Shown in pieces: positions 8,794-17,848 of a stretch of 51,811 bases of DNA. The DNA lies in the NCBI GenBank assembly GCA_045532495.1, contig JAZSGA010000040.1, positions 1 to 51,811 on the forward strand, written 5' to 3'. Below the pieces are notes generated by a model. That model was given only the letters and a program-made list of their open reading frames with translations. It did not search any database and had not been told where the DNA came from. The stretch is from Eubacteriales bacterium (lineage in GTDB: Bacteria > Bacillota > Clostridia > Oscillospirales > CAG-382). The translations under genes and the position numbers were made by a program. Each line of letters opens with the position of its first letter. Position 1 is the first letter of the stretch.

Positions 8794-9743
8794 TTGATTT
8801 TATTTCCTTTCGTAGGCAATGCCGATGCAAAAAAACGCAAGGCGTTGCCGTAAAATATATCGTTTATTATGTTTTGGTTTATACCCAGTTTTAAAAGCCT
8901 TTCGGCAATGCATACCGCAAATTCCACCGGAGAATAGCCGGGTATGTGCGGAATCCCGTCACGGTCGCCACCCATGCATATGCATTTTTCGCCGCCCAGC
9001 GACAAAAAGTGCAATATATGACTGCACAGACCGTCAAAAAGCAGCTCGGCGGAAGGGGAATCCTGCGGTAAAACAAAAGGCGGATAAAGATTTATGCCCA
9101 CAATGCCATGCCTTTTTGCTATGGCGCAAAACTGTTCGTCGGTAATGTTGCGGGGATGCGCACACACACTGAATGAATTTGAATGGGATGCCATAACAGC
9201 ACCTTCTGCCGCAGAAAGAGTATCGCTGAAGGATTGCACGGACATATGCGAAACATCGGTTATTATTCCAAGACGCCCACATTCACGCACAAGCTCTTTG
9301 CCAAAACACGTAAGACCTTTTTGCGTATCATGGGCACCGCCGATAAAATCCTCGCCACGCCACAGCGGAGTTAAAACACGTACACCGTTTTTGCAAAGGC
9401 TTTGCAAGCGTGAAAGATCGGAACATAAAAGTCCGCCGCCCTCCACGGCAAGGATGATTTTTGTTTTGCCGTCATCATGCGCAATATCTTCGGAATATGT
9501 ACAAATACGGCACACGGTGCTGTTGCGGTCTATGTTGCTTTTTAGGTTTGCTGTTATTTTGAAAAAATCCTCATAATTGCGCTGTCCGCTGTTTTTGTGA
9601 TCTGACCATACGGCATACACCGCCGCCGATTTTTCATATTCCGCAAGCCCCGGAAGGCTGCAGTCAAGCCTTTTGTCGGTTATTTGCAGGTTTTCGCGGT
9701 ACATGCGGAAGGGAGTGTCGCTGTGAAGATCAAACAGGTGCAT
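8790..9743 (-). CDS. Membrane dipeptidase family protein (peptidase M19)
   Basis: 317 aa with DLHSDTP at the N-terminus, plus VSHMS, SHSN and GGDRDG, which are typical M19 metal-ligand blocks. Confidence 0.85.
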   Translation of the reverse strand: MHLFDLHSDTPFRMYRENLQITDKRLDCSLPGLAEYEKSAAVYAVWSDHKNSGQRNYEDFFKITANLKSNIDRNSTVCRICTYSEDIAHDDGKTKIILAVEGGGLLCSDLSRLQSLCKNGVRVLTPLWRGEDFIGGAHDTQKGLTCFGKELVRECGRLGIITDVSHMSVQSFSDTLSAAEGAVMASHSNSFSVCAHPRNITDEQFCAIAKRHGIVGINLYPPFVLPQDSPSAELLFDGLCSHILHFLSLGGEKCICMGGDRDGIPHIPGYSPVEFAVCIAERLLKLGINQNIINDIFYGNALRFFASALPTKGNKIK

Positions 9744-9758
9744 AAAAGCCTCGCAATG

Positions 9759-10127
9759 TCAGTTTATATCTATACCCTTTATATGGTTTACAAGCATTTT
9801 TTGTGACGCTGCATACACTTCGATCACATCAAAGCGCACGGCTTTGTTGTTAAGGTTTTGTTCGTAAATATACCTTTCGGCGGCAACGCACATGCGTGAT
9901 ATTTTTTTTGAATCCACCGCTTCGGCGGCGTTTCCGCATTTTTTACCGCTGCGTGTTTTTACTTCCGAAAAGACCAGCGTGTCGCCGTCAAGGGTAATTA
10001 TGTCTATTTCTCCGCCGCGCACTTTGTAGTTGCGGCACAGCAATTTATGTCCCTGCTTTTCAAGATGCTCGCAGGCAATCTTTTCGCCTTCCCTGCCCAA
10101 AGTGTACTTACTGCTGATATCTTTCAT
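9759..10127 (-). CDS. yraN: YraN family (UPF0102) endonuclease-like protein
   Basis: 122 aa with GEIDII...FSEVKTR...KKISRM. It overlaps the rnhB end by 20 nt, the usual rnhB-yraN pairing. Confidence 0.85.
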   Translation of the reverse strand: MKDISSKYTLGREGEKIACEHLEKQGHKLLCRNYKVRGGEIDIITLDGDTLVFSEVKTRSGKKCGNAAEAVDSKKISRMCVAAERYIYEQNLNNKAVRFDVIEVYAASQKMLVNHIKGIDIN

Positions 10128-10749
10128 AAAATTTCTTTAAAAAGCTCAAGCGGTGCTCGGGGCACGGGCCGTATTTTTCTATCGCTTCGTAATGTGCCTT
10201 TGTGCCGTAGCCCTTGTGTTTTGCAAAGCCGTATTCGGGGTATTTTGCATCCAAGTATTCCATGCACCAGCGGTCACGCTCGGTTTTGGCAAGTATGGAT
10301 GCCGCCGCAATGGACGGACTTATACCGTCGCCGCCGATAATGGCATGGGCTTCGATATCAAAGCCGCGGTTTATGTTGCCGTCAACAAGCGCCACATCCG
10401 CAGGTACGGATAAACCTTTTATGGCACGGCGCATGGCAAGCAAGGATGCCTCCAGAATATTTATGCTTTCTATTTCGGCAACCTCACTGTAAGCAACGCT
10501 CCACGAAACCGCCAAATTTTTTATTTCGGCAGCAAGGATATCTCGCTTTTTTTCGGTAAGCTTTTTGGAATCGTTAAGGGCAAGGACAAAAGGGTTATCA
10601 CGCAGGTCATACGGCAAAATGACTGCGGCGGCATACACTCTGCCCACAAGAGGGCCTCTGCCTGCCTCGTCCACGCCGCAAACGGTTTTGTTGCAATATT
10701 TAAGCTCGTTTTCCCAGGAAAGCGGCTTTTGCTCTTTTTTCTGAGCCAT
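10108..10749 (-). CDS. rnhB: Ribonuclease HII
   Basis: 213 aa with the catalytic block GVDEAGRGPL, plus DSKKL and the C-terminal HRLSF. Confidence 0.93.
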   Translation of the reverse strand: MAQKKEQKPLSWENELKYCNKTVCGVDEAGRGPLVGRVYAAAVILPYDLRDNPFVLALNDSKKLTEKKRDILAAEIKNLAVSWSVAYSEVAEIESINILEASLLAMRRAIKGLSVPADVALVDGNINRGFDIEAHAIIGGDGISPSIAAASILAKTERDRWCMEYLDAKYPEYGFAKHKGYGTKAHYEAIEKYGPCPEHRLSFLKKFYERYQQ

Positions 10750-10808
10750 AGTAAAACTCCGTTTGTTTTATTATAAAGGAATTATGTGTTCAATATAAAA
10801 ACGCAATG

Positions 10809-12500
10809 TTATAAATTCATTATGACGGGAAGTATCATAGGTTTGCGCTTGGTTTTGGCGTAAAGGTAATCGGTAAGTTCATCCTTTACCTTTGCCTTAA
10901 TGGCGTTCCATTCCTTCATGTTTTTATCAAGGCATTTTTCCAGCGAATCGTGGGCTATGGTCCTTACTTCTTCCATAAGTTCTTCTGCCTCACGCACATA
11001 CACAAATCCACGTGATACTATATCTGGGCCCGAAACGATTTCGCCGGCATCTATATCCACCGCCGCCACAACCACGATAAGTCCATCCAAAGCCAGGTGG
11101 CGTCTGTCACGCAGAACGATGTTGCCCACATCGCCCACTCCAAAACCGTCCACCAACACCTTGCCTGAGGGCACGGTTCCCGTTACTTCCATTTTTTCTT
11201 CGGAGATTTCTATAACCTTGCCGGTTTCGGGGATAAGGATATGCGAAGGATCCTCGCCCACCTCCTTGGCAAGTTCGTAATGCGCTTTAAGGTGCTTGTA
11301 TTCACCATGGATGGGAATAAAATAACGGGGTTTTGTAAGCACATGCAAAAGCTTTAAATCATCCTGACACGCATGTCCCGAAACATGCACATCCGCAACG
11401 GCATCGTTAAGCACGGTAACACCCTTTTTAAGCAGTTCGTTTATGATCTTGGTAACCAGCTTTTCGTTGCCGGGGATAGCTGTGGCTGAAATAACCACCA
11501 GATCGCTGTCGGAAAGCGTAACTTTATCATGATCCGAATATGCCATGCGATAAAGCGCACTCATGGGCTCGCCCTGGCTGCCGGTGGTAACGAGAGTAAC
11601 CTCTTCGGGCTTGAATTTATTTATTTCGTTTATATCAATAAGTGTGCCCTTGGGAATATCCATATATCCCAGACGTGTTGCCACGTCAACTATATTGAGC
11701 ATGCTTCTGCCCGTTACGGCAACCTTTCTGCCATAGCGGCGTGAGCAGTCGATTATCTGCTGAACACGGTGAACGTTGGAGGAAAATGTTGCAATTATAA
11801 TACGCTTTGTGCATCCGCAAAAAATGTTTTCAAGCGAAACACCCACTTTTCGTTCAGACATGGTGTATCCGGGACGCTCGGCATTGGTAGAATCGCAAAG
11901 CAGGGCAAGCACGCCCTTGTTTCCAAGCTCGCCAAAACGGGTAAGATTAATGGGGCCGCCCTGAATGGGTGTGAGATCCACCTTGAAGTCACCCGTGAAA
12001 ATAACAGTACCTGCCGGGCACGTAACCGCAATGGCGCAGGCATCGGCGATGGAATGGTTTACATGTATAAATTCCAGCGAGAACGAACCTATTTTTATTG
12101 TATCCCCCGCATCAACACAGCGCAGGTCAGCCTGTTTTTCAAGTCCGTGTTCAACAAGCTTGCCTTCGATTATTCCTATTGTAAGACGTGTGGCGTAGAT
12201 CGGTACATTCAGTACACGCAAAACGTAGGGTATGGCACCTATATGGTCCTCATGGCCGTGGGTTATAAGTATACCCTTTACGCGGGAGGCGTTTTTTTCA
12301 AGGTAGGTGGTATCGGGAATAACAAGGTCAATGCCGGGCATGTCCTCATCGGGGAAACCAAGACCGCAGTCGATAACTATAATATCGTCGCCGTATTCCA
12401 CAACGGTCATATTTTTGCCTATTTCACCTATACCGCCAAGGGGGATTATTCTAACTTTTTCAGAGTTCAGTTTTTTGGTTGTCTTTTTTGCTCGTGCCAA
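10809..12500 (-). CDS. rnj: Ribonuclease J
   Basis: 563 aa with LGGIGEIGKN, the metallo-beta-lactamase motif HGHEDHIG and a beta-CASP region. The only in-frame start is TTG at 12500, with AAGGAG 12 nt upstream. Confidence 0.93.
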   Translation of the reverse strand: MARAKKTTKKLNSEKVRIIPLGGIGEIGKNMTVVEYGDDIIVIDCGLGFPDEDMPGIDLVIPDTTYLEKNASRVKGILITHGHEDHIGAIPYVLRVLNVPIYATRLTIGIIEGKLVEHGLEKQADLRCVDAGDTIKIGSFSLEFIHVNHSIADACAIAVTCPAGTVIFTGDFKVDLTPIQGGPINLTRFGELGNKGVLALLCDSTNAERPGYTMSERKVGVSLENIFCGCTKRIIIATFSSNVHRVQQIIDCSRRYGRKVAVTGRSMLNIVDVATRLGYMDIPKGTLIDINEINKFKPEEVTLVTTGSQGEPMSALYRMAYSDHDKVTLSDSDLVVISATAIPGNEKLVTKIINELLKKGVTVLNDAVADVHVSGHACQDDLKLLHVLTKPRYFIPIHGEYKHLKAHYELAKEVGEDPSHILIPETGKVIEISEEKMEVTGTVPSGKVLVDGFGVGDVGNIVLRDRRHLALDGLIVVVAAVDIDAGEIVSGPDIVSRGFVYVREAEELMEEVRTIAHDSLEKCLDKNMKEWNAIKAKVKDELTDYLYAKTKRKPMILPVIMNL

Positions 12501-12761
12501 ATCTGTACAGCACTCCTTTCATAGATAAAAATGTAAATTATGTAAAAAGCTCATTGTTATTGTTGTCAGAATAAAAAATAAATTTCACCTAAGGAAAATT
12601 TTTTTCAAAAAACAAAGCACAACAAACAATACCGACAAAGATTGCGGCTTGCACAGCTTTGGTTTTGATCCATAAAACGGTATGGAACCGCATGCCTGCA
12701 ATATCCGGAATCCTCTCGGAAAAAACAACAATATAATCACGGACACTATAAAGTTATATAT

Positions 12762-12790
12762 ATTATGCACTATTTTTATGAACTTGTCAA
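12762..12790 (-). promoter_or_regulatory. Candidate sigma-A promoter for rnj (implies a leader of about 255 nt)
   Basis: On the minus strand: TTGACA (12790-12785), 17-nt spacer, CATAAT (12767-12762). Confidence 0.4.
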
Positions 12791-12889
12791 GTGGCATATG
12801 CACCACTGTTTTTGCCATATATCCCCATTTTATATGCTTTTTGAATAAAAAGCGCCGGATTGCGCCAACACAAAATTGGAAAAAAGCGG

Positions 12890-12918
12890 TTGACAATTTT
12901 AATTTTGCGTGCTATACT
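12890..12918 (+). promoter_or_regulatory. Sigma-A promoter of the metNIQ operon
   Basis: TTGACA (12890-12895), 17-nt spacer, TATACT (12913-12918). Confidence 0.6.
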
Positions 12919-12989
12919 GTCTTTATATTATTAAGGAAAGGAATCGGAATGTCATGTTTGCTTCAAATTCCACAGCAACAATAGGCTCT

Positions 12990-13052
12990 ATGTGCATGTG
13001 TGTCATGCGCATGCGTTGTGCTGTCCGGCTTCCGCTTCCAGATATCACATAA
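12990..13052 (+). CDS. Candidate Met/Cys-rich leader peptide MCMCVMRMRCAVRLPLPDIT
   Basis: 20 codons with 4 Met and 3 Cys among the first 10. The ATG lies 5 nt after the stop of mini-ORF1. The stop at 13050-13052 lies just downstream of the antiterminator arm (13030-13037). Confidence 0.35.
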   Translation: MCMCVMRMRCAVRLPLPDIT

Positions 13053-13070
13053 TCCCAGACGTAAAATCAC

Positions 13071-13101
13071 AAAGCGGAATGGTTTGCCCTTCCGTTTTTT
13101 T
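13071..13101 (+). terminator. Intrinsic terminator (attenuator) immediately upstream of metN
   Basis: Stem CGGAATGG/CCCTTCCG (13075-13082 and 13087-13094, one mismatch), loop TTTG, then T7 (13095-13101). The metN SD GGAG follows at 13105. Confidence 0.6.
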
Positions 13102-13115
13102 GTTGGAGTATAAAA

Positions 13116-14108
13116 ATGATACAGCTTAAAAACCTGACAAAAACCTTTCATACTCCCGCAGGCAATATATGCGCTCTTAAAAACATAAATCTTACTGTCA
13201 GCGACGGAGAAATCTTTGGCATCATAGGTCTTTCCGGTGCAGGCAAAAGTACCCTTGTGCGCTGTATAAATCTGCTGGAGCGCCCTACCACAGGGCAGGT
13301 AATTATTGACGGCGAGGATATAACCGCCGTGCCCCAAAAGCGTCTGCTTGAAGTTAGACGCGGAATTGGAATGATATTCCAGGGCTTTAACCTTCTGGCA
13401 CAACGAAATGTTATAAACAACGTTTGCTATCCGCTGGAAATTGCAGGAGTAAAACGCACCGATGCAAAGGCACGTGCCATGGAGCTTTTGGAGCTTGTTG
13501 GCCTTGCCGACCGCGCAAAGGCATATCCTGCCCAGCTTTCGGGCGGGCAAAAGCAGCGTGTTGCCATTGCTCGCGCACTTGCCACAAACCCCAAATACCT
13601 TTTGTGCGATGAGGCAACCAGTGCGCTTGACCCAAACACCACCCAGGCAATACTCGCCCTGCTTAAAAAAATCAACCGTGAAATGGGCGTTACCATTATC
13701 GTAATAACCCACGAAATGAAGGTTATTGACAGCATATGCGATAAGGTTGCCGTTATTGATAAAAGCATGATAGCCGAGTGCGGCAAAGTATCCGACGTTT
13801 TTGTAAATCCGCAATCGGACATTGCCCGCGAGCTTATCCTGCCCAAATCCAGGGTTACAGACAAGGTTCACGGCAAAAGAATGCTCCGAATTATATTTGA
13901 CGGTGAGGAATCCGGCATGCCTGTTATTTCAAACCTTGTTATATCCAGCGGTGTGGCTGTTAACATCATGTTTGCCGACACCAAGGATATTGACGGCAAG
14001 GCCTTTGGTCAGATGCTTTTGCAGATACCCGACGGAGACCGCAGTTTTGAGCGTGTAACCGCTTACCTTGATTCCATTAACCTTAAATATTCCGAGGAGG
14101 TGGTTTAA
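13116..14108 (+). CDS. metN: Methionine ABC transporter ATP-binding protein
   Basis: 330 aa with Walker A GLSGAGKST, signature LSGGQKQR and Walker B LLCDEATSALD, plus a C-terminal NIL-type domain. Confidence 0.95.
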   Translation: MIQLKNLTKTFHTPAGNICALKNINLTVSDGEIFGIIGLSGAGKSTLVRCINLLERPTTGQVIIDGEDITAVPQKRLLEVRRGIGMIFQGFNLLAQRNVINNVCYPLEIAGVKRTDAKARAMELLELVGLADRAKAYPAQLSGGQKQRVAIARALATNPKYLLCDEATSALDPNTTQAILALLKKINREMGVTIIVITHEMKVIDSICDKVAVIDKSMIAECGKVSDVFVNPQSDIARELILPKSRVTDKVHGKRMLRIIFDGEESGMPVISNLVISSGVAVNIMFADTKDIDGKAFGQMLLQIPDGDRSFERVTAYLDSINLKYSEEVV

Positions 14109-14783
14109 ATGTCCGATATGCTTATGAAACTGTGGACCGAAGGCGAGCTTGTGCTTGGTATATGGGAAACCATATATATGGTTCTGCTTTCCACCGTTAT
14201 TGCATACCTTTTGGGACTTCCCATCGGAATAATTTTAAACGTAACATCGGAAGACGGTATATGCCCCATGAAAACCCTTAACAAAGTGCTGGGTTTTGCC
14301 GTTAACGTATTGCGAAGCATCCCATTTGTTATATTAATGGTGGCTCTGCTGCCTGCGGCAAAGCTGGTTGTGGGCACATCCATGGGCAACCGTGCCATGA
14401 TATTCACCCTGGTGGTGGCGGCGGCACCGTATGTTGCACGAATGGTGGAATCATCGCTAAAGGAAGTTGACAAGGGCGTAATCGAAGCCGCTCAGGCAAT
14501 GGGCACATCATCCTTCGGCATAATCCGCAAAGTGCTTATCCCGGAAGCAGGCCCTTCGCTTACCGTGGGTGCTGTTATTTCCACCGTTACCATACTCGGT
14601 TATTCTGCCATGGCAGGCACCATTGCCGGAGGCGGATTGGGAAAAATAGCCATAATTTACGGTTATCAGCGTTCGGAATACGACATCATATGGGTATGCA
14701 TGCTGCTTACCATTATAATTGTTGAAATTATTCAGGAAGTCGGAATGAGAATAGCACTTAAATCCGACAAACGAATAAAATAA
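14109..14783 (+). CDS. metI: Methionine ABC transporter permease
   Basis: 224 aa with 5 hydrophobic segments and the EAA-type loop VIEAAQAMG. Its start abuts the metN stop. Confidence 0.93.
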   Translation: MSDMLMKLWTEGELVLGIWETIYMVLLSTVIAYLLGLPIGIILNVTSEDGICPMKTLNKVLGFAVNVLRSIPFVILMVALLPAAKLVVGTSMGNRAMIFTLVVAAAPYVARMVESSLKEVDKGVIEAAQAMGTSSFGIIRKVLIPEAGPSLTVGAVISTVTILGYSAMAGTIAGGGLGKIAIIYGYQRSEYDIIWVCMLLTIIIVEIIQEVGMRIALKSDKRIK

Positions 14784-14855
14784 AGCGCATTTCATCTATA
14801 TCATGAAATCACCGCCAAAAGCGGAACAAAATTCACTCTACAAAGGAGATCAATC

Positions 14856-15671
14856 ATGAAAAAAATTCTTGCTATTGCTCTTGCACTTTCCGCCATCTGC
14901 CTTGCAGGTTGCGGCGAAAAGGCAGCTGACGACAAAACCATCACCGTGGGCGCAAGCTCCACACCCCACGCCGAAATCCTTGAACAGGTTAAGGCTCCTC
15001 TTGCAGAACAGGGCTACACACTTGAAATAAAAGTGTTTGACGACTATGTTCTTCCCAACACTGCTCTTAACGACGGCGAACTCGACGCAAACTACTTCCA
15101 GCACACACCTTACCTTCTCAGCTTCAACGAAAAGAACGGCACAAAGCTTGTTTCTGCTGAGCTTATCCACTACGAGCCCTTTGGCATTTACGGCAACGGT
15201 GTTACAGCTCTTGCTGACCTTGCAGAAGGCGCAACCATCCTTATCCCCGCTGACGACAGCAACGAAACACGTGCTCTTCTTCTTCTTGAACAGGAAGGCC
15301 TTATTGTTCTTCCCGAAGAGGCAAGCGCAGCTGTTGGCGTAACCACTCTTGATATAATCGACGCATGCGGTTACAACATCCAGGCTCTTCAGGCTGATAT
15401 GGTTCCCGCTCAGCTTGCAAACAGCGATGAAGGCACAATTGCTGTTATCAACGGCAACTACGCTCTTCAGGCAAACCTTAACATTGCAGACGCTCTTGCT
15501 ATAGAAAACGCAGAAGGCGATGCAGCTCAGACATATGCAAACATCATTGCCGTTAAGGAAGGCAACACCGAAAACGAAAAGATTAAGGCTCTCATCGATG
15601 CTCTTAAAACAGACGCTATAAAGACATACATCGAAGAAACCTACAACGGTGCAGTTGTTGCAATATTCTGA
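14856..15671 (+). CDS. metQ: MetQ/NlpA family methionine-binding lipoprotein
   Basis: 271 aa with signal peptide and lipobox LAGC. Family-typical blocks include FDDYVLPN, NYFQH and the C-terminal YNGAVV. Confidence 0.93.
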   Translation: MKKILAIALALSAICLAGCGEKAADDKTITVGASSTPHAEILEQVKAPLAEQGYTLEIKVFDDYVLPNTALNDGELDANYFQHTPYLLSFNEKNGTKLVSAELIHYEPFGIYGNGVTALADLAEGATILIPADDSNETRALLLLEQEGLIVLPEEASAAVGVTTLDIIDACGYNIQALQADMVPAQLANSDEGTIAVINGNYALQANLNIADALAIENAEGDAAQTYANIIAVKEGNTENEKIKALIDALKTDAIKTYIEETYNGAVVAIF

Positions 15672-15701
15672 TAAACGTTTTTTCATGATATAGAAGCTTT
15701 T

Positions 15702-15736
15702 TCCCTCTTTGGTCAATTCCAAAGAGGGATTTTTTT
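15702..15736 (+). terminator. metNIQ operon terminator
   Basis: 11-bp stem TCCCTCTTTGG/CCAAAGAGGGA (15702-15712 and 15719-15729) followed by T7. Confidence 0.8.
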
Positions 15737-15755
15737 GTAATTTTGTTTTTTACTA

Positions 15756-15784
15756 TTGAATTATTTTGGCGGCAGAGTTATAAT
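15756..15784 (+). promoter_or_regulatory. Sigma-A promoter for the EamA transporter gene
   Basis: TTGAAT (15756-15761), 17-nt spacer, TATAAT (15779-15784). Confidence 0.5.
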
Positions 15785-15819
15785 ACTTTTTGTATTAATA
15801 ATCAGGAGAGATCAGCATC

Positions 15820-16743
15820 ATGAATACCAAAAAATTATTCTCGCATCCCGTGTTAAGCATTGTTCTCTGCACCGTGGTGTGCGCTTTGTGGGGCTCACTT
15901 TACCCATGTATAAAGGCTGGCTACGGACTGCTGGGTATTGACACAGGCTTTGTTCCGTCGGTAATACTTTTTGCAGGTATCCGTTTTCTTATCTGCGGCG
16001 CAATTCTTACGGCAGGGGTAAGTGCAAAAAACAAAAAGTTTGTTTTGCCTTTGGGCAAAAGCTTTTTGCCCGTATTTGGCGTTGCCATAACCACCATTGT
16101 TATACACTATTCCCTTTCTTACTCCGCAATTTCCATGTGCGAAGCATCCAAAACCGCCATACTAAAGCAAATAGGTTATCTTTTTATTTCGTGCTTTGCA
16201 TTTATTTTTGTAAAAACCGATAAGTTTACAGTTAAAAAAGTTATAGGCGGTATTTTGGGTTTTTTAGGCATCATAATCGTAAACCTCAACGGGCTGAACT
16301 TTTCCATGGGCATAGGCGAGATTATAGTGATCCTTGCTTCATTTTTCAGCGTTGCGGGTACCGTTATTTCAAAAAAAGCCTTTGCTGTGCTTGAGCCTGC
16401 ATACATCGTAGCCCATTCCCAGCTTATGGGCGGCATAATACTCACCATTGTCGCCCTTGTACTTGGCGGCAGAGCAACACGTTTTACCGCAGGCTCTGTC
16501 GGCATCATAGTTTACATATGCTTTGCTTCCATAGTGTCCTACCTTTTGTGGAACATGCTGCTCAAATACAACGACATTTCAAAAATGTCAATCATAAAGT
16601 ATCTTGAACCCATATTCGGCACCATATTCTCGGGAATTATTGTCAAGGAAAATGTTTTGCGTCCCGAATATTTTGCGGCTTTCGCTGTTATTGCCGCAGC
16701 CATACTTGTATCAAACGTAAAATTAAAAAAACGCATTGAATAA
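15820..16743 (+). CDS. EamA/DMT family transporter
   Basis: 307 aa with about 10 TM segments arranged as two EamA-like halves. A GGAGAG SD lies 9 nt upstream. Confidence 0.85.
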   Translation: MNTKKLFSHPVLSIVLCTVVCALWGSLYPCIKAGYGLLGIDTGFVPSVILFAGIRFLICGAILTAGVSAKNKKFVLPLGKSFLPVFGVAITTIVIHYSLSYSAISMCEASKTAILKQIGYLFISCFAFIFVKTDKFTVKKVIGGILGFLGIIIVNLNGLNFSMGIGEIIVILASFFSVAGTVISKKAFAVLEPAYIVAHSQLMGGIILTIVALVLGGRATRFTAGSVGIIVYICFASIVSYLLWNMLLKYNDISKMSIIKYLEPIFGTIFSGIIVKENVLRPEYFAAFAVIAAAILVSNVKLKKRIE

Positions 16744-16760
16744 TATATACTTGGCGCCAA

Positions 16761-16802
16761 AAAAGTGGTTGTATCAATTGCTGATACAACCACTTGATTT
16801 TT
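16761..16802. terminator. Bidirectional terminator between the EamA gene and the dehydrogenase gene
   Basis: 14-bp stem AAGTGGTTGTATCA/TGATACAACCACTT (16763-16776 and 16782-16795) with an A-run before it and a T-run after it. Confidence 0.8.
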
Positions 16803-16835
16803 ATGTATATTGCGGAAAAATGCAGCTTTATATTT

Positions 16836-17834
16836 TTAAGCCATGGTTTCCAGCATTTTAAGTGTAACACCGTAATTGGTAGGTTTACCTGCGGCATAAA
16901 GCTTATATTCTTCCACCATGTATTCCGCCATGCGGTAAGTTTCATCGCCCATGCTGCCTGCAATGTGAGGCGTAAGCACCACATTTTCAAGCTCATAGAA
17001 TTCGTGCCCGGGCAATGCAGGTTCGGGCCAGGTAACATCCAAAACGGCTGTGCGATCGGGATGCTCACGCAGGGCACGGCAAAGATCAGCCTCCACCACC
17101 TGCGCTCCTCTGCCCGTGTTTATAAACACACCGTTGGAAGGCATTTTAGAAAACAGATCATAATTGAGCATACCCACGGTCTGCGGATTGTTGGCAAGAT
17201 GATTTGAAACCACGGTGCACTGTGAAAAAAGCTCATCCAGCGAAACCTTTTTAACGCCCAGCTCCGCAGCCTTTTCGTCCGAAAGGAATGGATCAAAAAC
17301 CAGAATTTCAAGATTTATGGCAGAAAGCATTTTTATTACAAGCTTGCCTATCATTCCTGCGCCGATTATGCCTACCTTCTGACCGTAGTTACCCCGGAAC
17401 ATATCGGAATGTTGTTTTGAACGCTTGCGGTCACAGTGCTTTTCAATGCGTGAGCTTCCAAAAAAGCCCTTGTTGGCAAGGATTATCTGCGCCATGGTAT
17501 ATTCTGCCACGGGCACGGCGTTTGCTGCCCATGCGCTGAACACGTTTATGCCGTTTTCAATAAATTCCCTTGCAAACCCCTGCACGGTGCCTGCGGCATA
17601 GAAAACGCTGTCCAGCTTTTTCATGGTCTTTATTTCATCAGGGGTAAAAGCAGGCATCCCCCAGGTGGAAAACAGATACGAAACCTCTGCTATACACGGA
17701 AGGCATAAAAGCTCCTGCTTGGTATAAACAGTTTTAAGATCAAAAATATCTTCAAGCTCTGACTTGATTTTATCGGAATATACTCTGTCCAGGTTATACT
17801 TTGATTCGCTGAACAGTACCGCCGTTTTTTTCAT
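16836..17834 (-). CDS. D-isomer-specific 2-hydroxyacid dehydrogenase family oxidoreductase
   Basis: 332 aa with the NAD-binding motif GIIGAGMIG, plus INTGRG and LTPHIAG. Confidence 0.85.
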   Translation of the reverse strand: MKKTAVLFSESKYNLDRVYSDKIKSELEDIFDLKTVYTKQELLCLPCIAEVSYLFSTWGMPAFTPDEIKTMKKLDSVFYAAGTVQGFAREFIENGINVFSAWAANAVPVAEYTMAQIILANKGFFGSSRIEKHCDRKRSKQHSDMFRGNYGQKVGIIGAGMIGKLVIKMLSAINLEILVFDPFLSDEKAAELGVKKVSLDELFSQCTVVSNHLANNPQTVGMLNYDLFSKMPSNGVFINTGRGAQVVEADLCRALREHPDRTAVLDVTWPEPALPGHEFYELENVVLTPHIAGSMGDETYRMAEYMVEEYKLYAAGKPTNYGVTLKMLETMA

Positions 17835-17848
17835 AACTATCCCCTTTT

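Larger units (their letters stand above)
12925..13101 (+). promoter_or_regulatory. metNIQ 5' leader with attenuator architecture (two mini-ORFs plus antiterminator/terminator)
   Basis: Mini-ORF1 (12949-12984, MSCLLQIPQQQ) has a strong SD (AAGGAAAGGAA). Mini-ORF2 is at 12990-13052. UUCCGCUU (13030-13037) is exactly complementary to AAGCGGAA (13072-13079), which forms the 5' arm of the terminator. Confidence 0.5.

Noticed and set aside
12585-12896. 103-aa minus-strand ORF in the rnj-metN intergenic region
   Set aside because: It has no convincing SD; the internal ATG has GGGGA only 3 nt away. It overlaps the metN -35 box and the candidate rnj promoter, and its sequence is low complexity. It is more likely rnj leader and promoter DNA, though a small membrane peptide cannot be fully excluded.
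12925-13101. S-box (SAM-I), other SAM riboswitch or Met T-box upstream of metN
   Set aside because: By eye there is no GAGGGA/GCAACC SAM-I core, no kink-turn layout and no T-box GGUGGUACCGCG sequence. This is a visual judgement only and needs a covariance-model scan.
12963-13871. 302-aa minus-strand ORF overlapping metN; similarly 14850-15722 overlapping metQ
   Set aside because: Both lie opposite well-supported ABC transporter genes, have no motifs and show implausible composition. They are shadow ORFs.
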